Shown: positions 17,464 through 26,952 of the stretch, in pieces
How the letters are laid out: each line of letters starts with the position of its first letter
Position numbering within the stretch: the first letter of the stretch is position 1
DNA from: Aggregatilineales bacterium
Lineage (GTDB): Bacteria; Chloroflexota; Anaerolineae; Aggregatilineales; Phototrophicaceae
Assembly (NCBI GenBank): GCA_038207205.1
Contig: JBBRAA010000016.1
Span: forward strand, 3,578-67,577
Length of the DNA stretch: 64,000 nt
Direction: 5' to 3'
Made by a program: the position numbers and the translations under genes
Notes under the pieces: generated by a model
The model's database searches: none
Told to the model about the DNA's origin: nothing
Seen by the model: the letters and a program-made list of their open reading frames with translations, nothing else

Positions 17464-20088
17464 TTACTCCTTCACGATAGGCAACCGGATGATAAATTGC
17501 GTTCCACTAGCGGCATTACTGTTCACACGGACATTGCCGCCAAGCCGATCAATAATTTGACGGCAAATATGCAGCCCCAGCCCGGTTCGTTCGTCCATCG
17601 GCTTGGTCGTAAAAAACGGATCAAATATCCGGTCGATCACGTCATCCGCGATTCCCAGACCATTATCCCATACAACGACTTCAACCGCGTTATCACCAGG
17701 TTGAAAACGGACATCGACGCCTAACTCGGCTTTCGCGCGTCCGTTCAATGCGTCATGGGCGTTCAAAAGCAAGTTTAGCCATAAATCGTTTAACTCATCA
17801 CGCGTCGCCATGACAAAGGGCGTATCATACACGTCCACGCGCGATAAAACAGTAATGCCCTCGCGCTGTATATGCGACCGAATCACCCCCAGCGACTCAT
17901 CGATCGTCTCGATAACAGGTATACGTTCCGGTTTGGTGGGCTGTTCGGTTTGCGTCGTTGTCAATAAACGGCGCACGACCGCCGCAGCCTTTTTACCACT
18001 TCTCAAAATCGCATTCAATGATTCTTTAGCACGCTCGTTCAAGGATGGATTGAGCAGCAGCAGTTCGGCATCCAACACAATCGTCGTTAAAGGGTTATTG
18101 ACTTGATGCGCGACCGCGCCCGCCAATTCGCCTTTTGCAGATAACCGCGCCGCACGTATCAAACGATCTTGCGCCATTTTTAGTTCTTGATAGCTCAGTT
18201 CGAGCCGCCGCATCAAATCGGCATTCTTCATCGCGGTCGTGCCTTGCGAGATCACCGCTTTTGCCATGTTGATCTCTCGTTCGGTGAACGTGCGTGTCCG
18301 TTCGGTATCGATGACGAGCATAAAGCCGAGCGGCTCCCCTTGTGCGATCATCGGTAAGCCCAGCATCGAGCGCCCATTCACTGCATCCAAGACCGAGAGC
18401 GAACCAAGCGTACTGGTATCACCATTGGCAGATGCCCAAACCGGATTTTGTTCCACCAACATTTGCAGCATATCACTGAACCCTAATAATACAGGTTCTT
18501 CAAACGGGCGCTGTAACCAGACTGATTCACCGATGGTGATCAAGACCAATAGACTACGCCGATCTTGTCCCAAGAGCGTAAACTCAACCCATGAAGCGCC
18601 TAATAGTTTCTTTACATCTTCCGCGTTTTTATAGATATGCGCATGTTGCGTATCGTTTGAATCCAATTGCAGCGATAACAGTTCAACGCCGATCGCTTGC
18701 GCACGCTGAATGACTTCGGGCGGCACAACCCCTGGCTCGGCGGTGTAATACGCCAGTACCAAACCGAGCGGCTGCTTCTCGACCATGATCGGAATGGACA
18801 GGACAGCATGTGCGCCGACCTGTCGCAAATACTCGACTTCTTCGGGGAGTTCCTGACGGGCAGTCGTCACCGTGACAACTTTATTTCGCAATGCTGCCAC
18901 CAAAGCAGGACGTGATTTGAGCGCGAGTGCGGGCGCATAACTGACGCGCCACACCGCGCGCCGATAACGAGCGACCAACATGGGCGTCCGAATATGAATT
19001 TCGCCTTCAGGGGTCGTCCGTTTCTCTTTTTTCCACTGATAAATATCGATACGCCCGCCATTGAGCAGTGCATGTAACTGCTGCGCGATATGGATCAGCG
19101 TGGCTTCTAATGAAAGCGACGAATTGATGACATGACTCGCGCCCACTAACGCGGTCAAATCTTGCGCACGCTGAATGCTCATACCATGTACGCGCGCATT
19201 TTCGATGGCAATCGCCGCGTATGACGCCAGATGAATTAACAGTTCTTGATGGCGTCGGTTGAATACGGCTTTTTTACGACGATTGTTTACACCTAAAACA
19301 CCAATCCGCTCACCTTTCAAGCTGATCGGTACGTACAAGAGCGAATTGACAAAATACTGCGTTTTGATCTTGTGTGGTCCAGCGTCAGGACCTACCAGCA
19401 GGGGTTCGCCTGAGTTGAAAACTTCACCCGCGAACGAGTCATTAAGCCGGACACGAAATGTTTGCACCATCTCGGTTTCGACGCCGACTTCTGCACGCAG
19501 ATAAAATTGTCCGGTTTCGCGGTCGGGCATCAGCAGAATTCCCTCATCTGCGTCGGTCAAATGACGACCCGCCTGCACTACCCGATGCAGCACTTCATTG
19601 ATATCCAACACTTCGGTCAGAGAACGGCTTAAAGCGAACAAGGTCTGAATTTCATCGTCGCGCCATAACGTCTGTTCTTTGGGAGACGTATCAAATTTTG
19701 AATCGTCACTTTCAAACGCGGGAAGTGCTGTATTGAGTGCTTCGGATAAGCCTTTGACCAGCGCGAGTTTATCCAGCTTTTCGATATAGGTGACTGACGC
19801 GCGCCCAAGCAGGCTTTGCGCCGAACTGACTGCCGATGCTGTCGGTGCATAGGCGATCATCGTCGGCGCGCTCACCAACCGCGATAAGGTTACAAGTGTT
19901 TTTTCACCGCTTGTCCGATCAAACATGGCGCAGTCAATGACGACAGCATCCATAGGTTGGCTACGAAGCATGAACAGCGTATCGCGGTGCGAATAAGCTG
20001 TATGAAGCTCGTAATACGAACCATTCAACGACTGTTTCACTTGATGAACGATGTCGTAGTTTCCTGCGGCGATTAGTAAGTTTTTCAT
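17464..20088 (-). CDS. Cytoplasmic multi-GAF sensor histidine kinase with N-terminal receiver-like domain
   Basis: H-box VAHQVNNPL, N-box WLNLLLNAHDA, G1 WDNGLGI, F IFDPFFTTK, G2 TGLGL; GAF segments LLYVPISLKGERIGVLGV, LSIPIMVEKQPLG, LGLPMIAQGEPLG; no TM. Confidence 0.9.
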   Translation of the reverse strand: MKNLLIAAGNYDIVHQVKQSLNGSYYELHTAYSHRDTLFMLRSQPMDAVVIDCAMFDRTSGEKTLVTLSRLVSAPTMIAYAPTASAVSSAQSLLGRASVTYIEKLDKLALVKGLSEALNTALPAFESDDSKFDTSPKEQTLWRDDEIQTLFALSRSLTEVLDINEVLHRVVQAGRHLTDADEGILLMPDRETGQFYLRAEVGVETEMVQTFRVRLNDSFAGEVFNSGEPLLVGPDAGPHKIKTQYFVNSLLYVPISLKGERIGVLGVNNRRKKAVFNRRHQELLIHLASYAAIAIENARVHGMSIQRAQDLTALVGASHVINSSLSLEATLIHIAQQLHALLNGGRIDIYQWKKEKRTTPEGEIHIRTPMLVARYRRAVWRVSYAPALALKSRPALVAALRNKVVTVTTARQELPEEVEYLRQVGAHAVLSIPIMVEKQPLGLVLAYYTAEPGVVPPEVIQRAQAIGVELLSLQLDSNDTQHAHIYKNAEDVKKLLGASWVEFTLLGQDRRSLLVLITIGESVWLQRPFEEPVLLGFSDMLQMLVEQNPVWASANGDTSTLGSLSVLDAVNGRSMLGLPMIAQGEPLGFMLVIDTERTRTFTEREINMAKAVISQGTTAMKNADLMRRLELSYQELKMAQDRLIRAARLSAKGELAGAVAHQVNNPLTTIVLDAELLLLNPSLNERAKESLNAILRSGKKAAAVVRRLLTTTQTEQPTKPERIPVIETIDESLGVIRSHIQREGITVLSRVDVYDTPFVMATRDELNDLWLNLLLNAHDALNGRAKAELGVDVRFQPGDNAVEVVVWDNGLGIADDVIDRIFDPFFTTKPMDERTGLGLHICRQIIDRLGGNVRVNSNAASGTQFIIRLPIVKE

Positions 20089-20100
20089 CGTAAATAACGA

Positions 20101-20634
20101 TCAGTCTTTTTTCGTCAAGCGCGAACGGCGTTTATCAAGGTCATCTTGCGCCGTTGGTATCGTGTCGGTCGCTGGGTTTTCATCGCCAGCGATGATTGTT
20201 TCTGGCAACGACGTGGTGCGCGCTTGCGTGATAATACTTTCCATCTCGTTGACCCGATCGATTAGTTCACCCGCCGCCTGGCGATGCGCTTGTAAATCCT
20301 GCTGTAGACGAACAAGATATGCTTCGCCTCGATTCGTCTGTCCGACGAGTACACGTGCTTTTTCATCATCGCCGCGCGCTAAAGCCGCATCAGCTTCGGC
20401 ACTCCATAGTCGGATATCAGCGTCATGCTGGGCAATCTGTGCGCTCAATTTATCTTCATATGCCAATGCGTCATCGATACTGGTGCGCAGTGTGGCGACT
20501 TCTTTATCGAGATTGGCACCGGCTTGCTGCGGCGTCTGCGGCGGCGGCGCGACGCGTTCGCCCCGTTCAGCGTTCATTGCATCGTTGACACCTGCTCGCA
20601 GCAATATACTTAGTTTTCTAAATAAATCTGCCAT
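20101..20634 (-). CDS. PspA/IM30-like coiled-coil protein, short
   Basis: N-terminal amphipathic MADLFRKLSILLRAG; W..EADAALARGDDEKAR segment; AGGA RBS before ATG 20634. Confidence 0.65.
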   Translation of the reverse strand: MADLFRKLSILLRAGVNDAMNAERGERVAPPPQTPQQAGANLDKEVATLRTSIDDALAYEDKLSAQIAQHDADIRLWSAEADAALARGDDEKARVLVGQTNRGEAYLVRLQQDLQAHRQAAGELIDRVNEMESIITQARTTSLPETIIAGDENPATDTIPTAQDDLDKRRSRLTKKD

Positions 20635-20708
20635 GACCAATCCTGAAACAGTTGATAATATTCATCATATGCTGTTGTTCTGTTTCTTATCCCATTTAGA
20701 TTATAGGC

Positions 20709-22388
20709 TCAATTCAATGGAGAGTCTGCACAATTCCCAGTATTCGCAATTCTATATACGACCATCGCTGCCCCGCCTGCCACACGTGTAACCAGATTAT
20801 TAGTTGTAAACAACGGACACAAGCGTGCATCGTTCGGGTTTTCGTTTGGCGTTTGATACCCATATGCCATTAAATACGCCGCACCGCGTGCTCGCATCAA
20901 TGCCCATATCGCATCACCATCACGAATAATTGGGATCACTTCTGGGCTGATCAACCCGCCGATATCGAGCATCGGACGCGGTGCAAAATACCCGACCGCT
21001 CCAATATCGTGGATCGCCAGCAGTTGATCCGGCGCGATATTCGCTTGAATCCACGCTGCTGCTGCGACCATATCGCCGTCAATGATGCGAACATCCTGGA
21101 TATATACACCGCGACCGATAACCAGTGCAAAATAAGCGAATACCAGCACCGCCCCTAGCATCAACGCCTGTACACCCGCACGCACAATAATATTACGTCC
21201 TCGGCTGATCATACTCCACAGTTCGAGGGTTCCCAACACCCCCGCTGTGATCAACGCCGGCAGCGCGGGAATCACGTAACGTCCATGCTGAATATCAAGC
21301 GGCAAGTAGGCGGCATACAACGCGATTAAGCCAAAACCCCAGACTAATAACAACAATCGTAACGGAGTTGCTCTGCGCTGACCGTCTTTATCATCGCGCG
21401 ACCACCGCAGCGTATTCATTCCAAACACGACTAAACCAGGGACAAGTAAAATTTGACCCCCTGCCGCGAGCGGCAACAGTACATGTATAAGGCGTTCGCC
21501 ATATGACAGCGCAAATAACGCATCTGCTTGCGCCCGTTTTGCGCCTGCTGTGTTGGGGAGCAAGCCCCCAGTAACATCGAAATTGGCGATCATATACGGC
21601 GTGATCACTATCATGAACGACACCACCGCTGCAATCAACCAACCAAACGTCACGGCAAGGCTTTTTCCATATATCTTTGCGTTAAAAAATACATTCCCTA
21701 AGACAGCCACGCCGCACAACCCGACGATCAGCACGCCCTCCGGTCGTGCCAACACGGTAAACCCGCTCAACACGCCGAACACTAACCCGCTTCGTAAAAA
21801 CGATATCGAGTCTGGTCGGTTATCACGTCTCTGCGCCTCCCTGTATACGGGCAGAGAGGCATGGGGTGGGCGCAATATTGACACTGTATACGCGATCACA
21901 CATAATGCCAACGCTGCGAACAGCGCCGTTTCCATACCGCTCGCAGCCGCCCAGACTAAATGCCACGCGCTGACCAACGCAGCGCCAACCGCGAGCGCAA
22001 CGATCCGCCGCGCGTGCAGCCGTGATGCGATGTGTGTGCCAATCAGCCCAATCGCCGCGAGGGAAAACGCACCAAGCATATGCGTCCACACGCGATAATC
22101 GATTCGCAGCGCATAACCGACTGCCAGCACTACCGTGTAAAGCGGCGACGTGCTCGCAGCGCTTGGTGTATCGGGATAAAACGTGAACTGACCCAACACG
22201 CCCAGATTACGTCCGTAGGTCTGATGAATCCAACTATCATCCAACGGAAAGCCACCACCCGCCGACGCGATGTAGTACGCCGTCAGCGCGAACGCCGCTG
22301 CGATGATAAGTATTTCACCCATCTTGATTTTTACGGTGCGTTTTTGCAACGTTGTACCTTTGCGTTGTCGCTTGCCTTCGTATTTCAC
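20709..22388 (-). CDS. GT-C-fold membrane glycosyltransferase candidate
   Basis: Multi-TM; GFPLDDSWIHQTYGRNL acidic motif after TM1; SGMETALF, LARPEG, HGRYVIP; GTGA overlap with upstream stop. Confidence 0.72.
   Translation of the reverse strand: MKYEGKRQRKGTTLQKRTVKIKMGEILIIAAAFALTAYYIASAGGGFPLDDSWIHQTYGRNLGVLGQFTFYPDTPSAASTSPLYTVVLAVGYALRIDYRVWTHMLGAFSLAAIGLIGTHIASRLHARRIVALAVGAALVSAWHLVWAAASGMETALFAALALCVIAYTVSILRPPHASLPVYREAQRRDNRPDSISFLRSGLVFGVLSGFTVLARPEGVLIVGLCGVAVLGNVFFNAKIYGKSLAVTFGWLIAAVVSFMIVITPYMIANFDVTGGLLPNTAGAKRAQADALFALSYGERLIHVLLPLAAGGQILLVPGLVVFGMNTLRWSRDDKDGQRRATPLRLLLLVWGFGLIALYAAYLPLDIQHGRYVIPALPALITAGVLGTLELWSMISRGRNIIVRAGVQALMLGAVLVFAYFALVIGRGVYIQDVRIIDGDMVAAAAWIQANIAPDQLLAIHDIGAVGYFAPRPMLDIGGLISPEVIPIIRDGDAIWALMRARGAAYLMAYGYQTPNENPNDARLCPLFTTNNLVTRVAGGAAMVVYRIANTGNCADSPLN
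21835..21870. repeat. REP-like hairpin (family 2) read in frame
   Basis: GCCTCCCT-GTATAC-GGGC-AGAGAGGC-ATGGGGTGGG, encoding PPHASLPVYREA on the minus strand. Confidence 0.5.
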
Positions 22389-24001
22389 TCATTGATTTGA
22401 TACACAATGGCGTCGCCAATCCGCCCGATTTCTCGCAAAAATGGCGGCGGATTTTCCAGAATTACGCGCATCGGCGCGGGAAGTCCGGCGGGTTCGATGA
22501 CCACGTAATCAAGTTGATAACGCACCCCCAGCTCCGCGATCACATCAGGCGCGGCGTTCGGCACAACCACACCGCCCAAACCCAGGTTGCCGTACAGCGC
22601 CGCTGGATCATTGATCATGACGCGCGCATTAGTCGGCAGCAGTGCATCTAAATCGGTATAGAACGACGGCATACCAGCATTTTCGACACGCCCGCGCTCG
22701 CCAATCCACAGACTTAAGCCGACAGCAAACACCATCAACGCCGCCGAAAATACCCAGCGCGCCGCGCCGATGTTCCAGCGCCGCCGCTTGCCTAACCAGC
22801 CGACCACATCGTCCAAGCCGATAACACCGAGCGTCACCCAAAACGGAATCAACGCTGCCGACGAATGCAGCAGCCCACCCCGATAACCCGGAAACGGAAA
22901 TATCAGCGTAAATACCAGATGCAGACCGATTACATAGAAGAGAAATGGGCGCAAAAATGGGTTCCGCCGACGCCTGATCAAACCAATCAGCATCAGCGGT
23001 GTTAGCACGATCATACCCTCAACGGCGACAAATGTCGTCAAATTACTGGTCAATGCCTCTAAACGTGCGGTGAATAGAGCCGCTGTACCATCCGCGAGCG
23101 CCGTTTGAAACGTGTTGACGGGCGGATAATTGAACAGGTCGTCATAAGACTGAAACCAGATCGCTTGCGCGCCACCTGTGGGCAGCAGCACACCGATTTC
23201 GTTCAGGTTGCGCGCGAACCACAATCCCATCACACACAAATAGCCTGTCGTCAGTAAAACAATCTTTGTGGCTTTGTGCCTGCGCGCCTTCGTGTTATGC
23301 GGTTCACTTTTTTCCAATAACACCGCCGCCACGCCGACGATCAGCATCAATACGCCATCGGCACGCGTCAAATGTGCCAGTCCCGCGCATACGCCCGCCG
23401 CAAAAATAACCGCCCACCGAGTGCTTTTGCCGCTTTGCACCTTTGCGCCGAACCCCATTTGTCCCAGCAGCACCAGACAAGCAGCACCGACCGCTGCGTA
23501 CGGCGCGAACGTATCGATCACGCCCCAGTATCGTGTGAAAAAGCCGCTGAACAACGTGAGTAGCCCCGCCATCCATGCATGACGACGCGATCCGCCCAGG
23601 CGCGCACCAAGCCAGTAACCAATGCCCGCCGTGATTGTCAATAAGATCACATTAGGAAGTTGTGCGCCAGCGTGATCGACGCCCAATATCTGCATCCCCG
23701 CCGCAGCGATCAATGACGTGAGCGGCATCCAATACAGATGCGATGGAAAGACACCACTTTCGGGCAATACTTCCGGCGCACCGATATATGTCCACAAATA
23801 CGGCTCGGTCAATCCCTGCCGCGTTACCACGCGCAGCGCCGCGTTAAAATGATAATGTGCGTCGGTGTAACCGGGTGCGTCGATGAGCCGCACCATCCAG
23901 AATGCAACGATCACACTCATGATCACGAAAATTAACGCGCTTCGCCTACTGGTTTTCCGCGTCTCCGTATAGGTGGGAAAAGAGTCAGGGGGTGAAGACA
24001 T
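22385..24001 (-). CDS. GT-C-fold (ArnT/PMT-like) membrane glycosyltransferase candidate
   Basis: Start reassigned to ATG 24001; PGYTDAHYHF after TM1, HLYWMPLTS, LAHLTRADG, YRGGLLHS; small C-terminal soluble domain. Confidence 0.72.
   Translation of the reverse strand: MSSPPDSFPTYTETRKTSRRSALIFVIMSVIVAFWMVRLIDAPGYTDAHYHFNAALRVVTRQGLTEPYLWTYIGAPEVLPESGVFPSHLYWMPLTSLIAAAGMQILGVDHAGAQLPNVILLTITAGIGYWLGARLGGSRRHAWMAGLLTLFSGFFTRYWGVIDTFAPYAAVGAACLVLLGQMGFGAKVQSGKSTRWAVIFAAGVCAGLAHLTRADGVLMLIVGVAAVLLEKSEPHNTKARRHKATKIVLLTTGYLCVMGLWFARNLNEIGVLLPTGGAQAIWFQSYDDLFNYPPVNTFQTALADGTAALFTARLEALTSNLTTFVAVEGMIVLTPLMLIGLIRRRRNPFLRPFLFYVIGLHLVFTLIFPFPGYRGGLLHSSAALIPFWVTLGVIGLDDVVGWLGKRRRWNIGAARWVFSAALMVFAVGLSLWIGERGRVENAGMPSFYTDLDALLPTNARVMINDPAALYGNLGLGGVVVPNAAPDVIAELGVRYQLDYVVIEPAGLPAPMRVILENPPPFLREIGRIGDAIVYQINE
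23264..23296. repeat. 8-bp-period REP-like repeat (family 1) read in frame
   Basis: CTTTGTGGCTTTGTGCC..CTTCGTGTT, encoding NTKARRHKATK. Confidence 0.6.
23962..23997. repeat. REP-like element (family 2) forming the N-terminus of the GT-C gene
   Basis: TCTCCGTATAGGTGGGAAAAGAGTCAGGGGGTGAAG, encoding SSPPDSFPTYTE. Confidence 0.45.
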
Positions 24002-24006
24002 GTTTC

Positions 24007-25260
24007 TCAAGCGCTCACTGGCGTTTGCCGCAGCCGCCGATACAACGCGACACACACGCCGACTAAAATCAGCGTCCGCAGCACGATGATCATCACAAAC
24101 GGAGTCACTAGTACACCCGTGATCACCCCACCCGTATCCCCCGTACGGATGAACAGGAATGGATACTCTGCAAACGTCAGCACACTCAACAGCACCACAA
24201 TCAAGATGCCGTCGCGCGTCGGGAAACACAGCAGAATCAACGGAGCGATCTGCGCGATCCACTGCGGACTCCACCCTTGCGCCTGAAGAAAAAAGATCAG
24301 CAGCGTGATCGACGTAAAAGCAACCAACCCCTTATCGTCGAAACGCCGCGTCCGCGCGAACACAAATGCGCCAATGCCCGCCGCGACCATCAAGCGTACG
24401 ATGCTGGGAATTACCGCGGGATTGCCCACCAAGTCATTGGCGCGCGCTGGATCGAGATGATCAAAGACCGTACCAAAATTTCCCGTGCGGTAATTGCCAT
24501 CTATCAGCGCCCATACCGTTTGATAACTCGCTTTGTTGAACTGTGCCGTCAGCGAAGGCAGCGTCATTGCGGCATTTTGCGCGAACAATAATCCATACAC
24601 GACACCAAAAATGATCACGATGATCAGCGTATAAAGCAGTGCTTTGGTCGTCGGTCTAAAGCGCCACACCGCGCCTAAGATCACCGCCGGTGTAAACTTG
24701 ACCAACGCCCCGACCGCCGCCCATACCGCCGACCGCGCGTCACGTTTCGCCAACAGCGCCGAAATCGAAAGTAAAAGGAAAAACGCGACCATTGGCTCGA
24801 AATTCCACCATACAAAGATCAAGGGGGCGGCTGCAACTGTGTACACCCACGCCAATGCCGTCCCGATCGCGCCGCCATGCAAGCGCGTGCCAATCGTGCG
24901 GATCAAAAGCAAGTTACCCGTGTCAAACCCGACCATGATCAAGCCGAGCAGCATGGCGAAACTCGTATAATTGGCGTTTGCGCCGAGCAGCGTATAAATC
25001 GCGGTGAACATGAATGCCGGAATCGGTGGGAACTCGCTCCACCAATTGCGAAACGGCAGCAAGCCGTCAGCGCTTAGCCCACCGAGTTGAAAGTAATAAA
25101 AGAAATCACCGCCCGCCGTTACGCCGCGCTCACTGCCTGCTGTGAAGATCGGCAGATACGTAATCAACAGGATCAGGCGCAAGCTGATGAATAAAATGAC
25201 CAGCAGCCGCCGATCTGCCAACAATCCAGTTAAGTTAATTTCGCTTGAAGTCGTTCGCAT
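24007..25260 (-). CDS. GT87/DUF2029-like membrane glycosyltransferase
   Basis: GGDFFYY after TM1, WSEFPP, GALVKFTPAV, GWSPQW; polytopic. Confidence 0.75.
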   Translation of the reverse strand: MRTTSSEINLTGLLADRRLLVILFISLRLILLITYLPIFTAGSERGVTAGGDFFYYFQLGGLSADGLLPFRNWWSEFPPIPAFMFTAIYTLLGANANYTSFAMLLGLIMVGFDTGNLLLIRTIGTRLHGGAIGTALAWVYTVAAAPLIFVWWNFEPMVAFFLLLSISALLAKRDARSAVWAAVGALVKFTPAVILGAVWRFRPTTKALLYTLIIVIIFGVVYGLLFAQNAAMTLPSLTAQFNKASYQTVWALIDGNYRTGNFGTVFDHLDPARANDLVGNPAVIPSIVRLMVAAGIGAFVFARTRRFDDKGLVAFTSITLLIFFLQAQGWSPQWIAQIAPLILLCFPTRDGILIVVLLSVLTFAEYPFLFIRTGDTGGVITGVLVTPFVMIIVLRTLILVGVCVALYRRLRQTPVSA

Positions 25261-25338
25261 AGAAACATTTGAACCGCAAATGATGCAGGCAACGGACAGA
25301 GTTTTTTATACCTCGATGCGTTTCTGCGTCCAGTGCGG

Positions 25339-26787
25339 TTAACCTTCCTTTACGTATAAACTTGCTTGCGCGTCTTGATAATCAAGTCGCCAACCGGGTT
25401 CGATCATCAGATTATTGGATAGTCCGCTTCCGGTTTCGACCAGCACCCAGCTAATATCATAATGTGACAACGTCTCGCGCCACTCCAACCCGCCGCGCGC
25501 CGTGTTCAAATACTCGCTCAAAATCGTGTCACCGTACAAGTCGGTGCGTCCATCGACAAATACCGGGTACTCTGGCAGCGCATACAATAAATACCCGCCC
25601 CAGTTATACGCATTGAACAAGTTGCCCGTTTGCGGATTCGCGCGCACATAATCGACCGCGCGTACAGGCAGTGTCGTGTTGATCGCTTGCTGAAGTGTGA
25701 TCGGTTCGAATACCAGCAGCACTTTGAGCGCCGCTGCGATCACGATCAGCACAATAATCGCCGCGTTCAAGCGCCCCCTACCCGGCAATACAGTGCGACT
25801 TAGCCCCGTCAACCAACCGCGTTCTTCGATCATCGACGCCAGATGATACGTCAGCACAGGTGTCGCCGCGACCGCGAATACGGCGATATTGCGCCCAGCC
25901 AGCAGCGATAAAAATGCCGTGCCGCTCACCAAAGCAAAATCTGTCCAGTTCAAACGCCGACGGCTCGCGCCGACTGCCCCAAACAGGACAATTGCCAACA
26001 GGATGAAGCCCCATGTTTGCCGTTCTTGAAAATTCGGCGTGTTCCATTCTTGAATTTCGGCGCGCAGCACCCCAATACCGACCGTTTGAAACGGAACTGC
26101 CAGCATTTGCAGTCCATATGGATTGATGACTAATGCGCCTGCGCTCACCAGTGTGATCAGTGCCATTTTGCCGATGCCGCGCGGTGGGATAACCAGCTCA
26201 CCTTTTGGATTAAACAGATTACCCAGCACTTCACCGCCAATCGTCCCGATTAAAAAGATGAAGCCAATCGAAAACCCAGCGTGCAAATTCCCCCATATCC
26301 CCATAATAATTGGAATCAGCCATAAACGGTCGATTTTTTCGCGCTTATAGAGATGAATCAAATACAAAATCAGCGCGCTCAGCACAAACGAAATCATTTG
26401 GGGGCGCGGTGACCAGAATACTGCCGCCGCCGCCGCACCTAAAATCAAGGCAAATGCCCGTACATAATGGTTGCCCGCACTGGCTTTCCACACGAAAAAC
26501 ATGCCCAGCGTCGCTAGCCCAGCCGTGTATACCATTAACCCGAACAAGCCGCCGACCTGCCAGATCGCATATAAAATGAGCTGCGACCCCCAACTGTGAT
26601 CGATCCAGGCTTGTCCAAAAGCGGTATGCGAAAACGGATCCGCGTAAATGATCCCATTTTGCAGAATGTGCGCGCCGCTCCGCAAATGCCACCATGTATC
26701 GGTATCGATAGGGACGCGCGCCGCCAATGCAAACAGCAGTATAAACGCGATAATCCCCATTGCCCGTTCGGTCGTCAGTCGTCGCAA
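25339..26787 (-). CDS. Polytopic membrane protein, GT-C-like (DxDxWWHL family)
   Basis: PIDTDTWWHLRSG, WIDHSWGSQ, RPQMISF, WGNLHAGF, NPYG, FNAYNWGGYL, FVDGRTDLYG. Confidence 0.72.
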   Translation of the reverse strand: MRRLTTERAMGIIAFILLFALAARVPIDTDTWWHLRSGAHILQNGIIYADPFSHTAFGQAWIDHSWGSQLILYAIWQVGGLFGLMVYTAGLATLGMFFVWKASAGNHYVRAFALILGAAAAAVFWSPRPQMISFVLSALILYLIHLYKREKIDRLWLIPIIMGIWGNLHAGFSIGFIFLIGTIGGEVLGNLFNPKGELVIPPRGIGKMALITLVSAGALVINPYGLQMLAVPFQTVGIGVLRAEIQEWNTPNFQERQTWGFILLAIVLFGAVGASRRRLNWTDFALVSGTAFLSLLAGRNIAVFAVAATPVLTYHLASMIEERGWLTGLSRTVLPGRGRLNAAIIVLIVIAAALKVLLVFEPITLQQAINTTLPVRAVDYVRANPQTGNLFNAYNWGGYLLYALPEYPVFVDGRTDLYGDTILSEYLNTARGGLEWRETLSHYDISWVLVETGSGLSNNLMIEPGWRLDYQDAQASLYVKEG

Positions 26788-26839
26788 TCCAATTTCGTCC
26801 TTCGTCGTACTTTATAGCGTGTAAATGTCTTTCTGTGTA

Positions 26840-26876
26840 TCTGCGTGGCTTTGTGCCTTCGTGTTCTGTTTTTCGC
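26840..26876. repeat. Family 1 REP-like repeat, intergenic
   Basis: TCTGCGTGGCTTTGTGCCTTCGTGTTCTGTTTTTCGC aligns with the copy at 30021-30065. Confidence 0.65.
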
Positions 26877-26952
26877 TTTTGCGTGTATCGTGTTTGTTCC
26901 GAGCTTAGTCCCAGTTCATCACGCGTGACTCAGTACTGATAAGTGTTTTGCG

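Noticed and set aside
17350-20791. Multiple 60-210 aa plus-strand ORFs opposite the kinase and PspA-like genes, and similar shadows window-wide
   Set aside because: Antisense to well-supported genes, with no motifs or RBS support; typical of GC-rich coding DNA
24002-24274. N-terminal extension of ORF 22385..24274
   Set aside because: Out-of-frame overlap with the GT87-like gene; ATG 24001 sits just after that gene's stop
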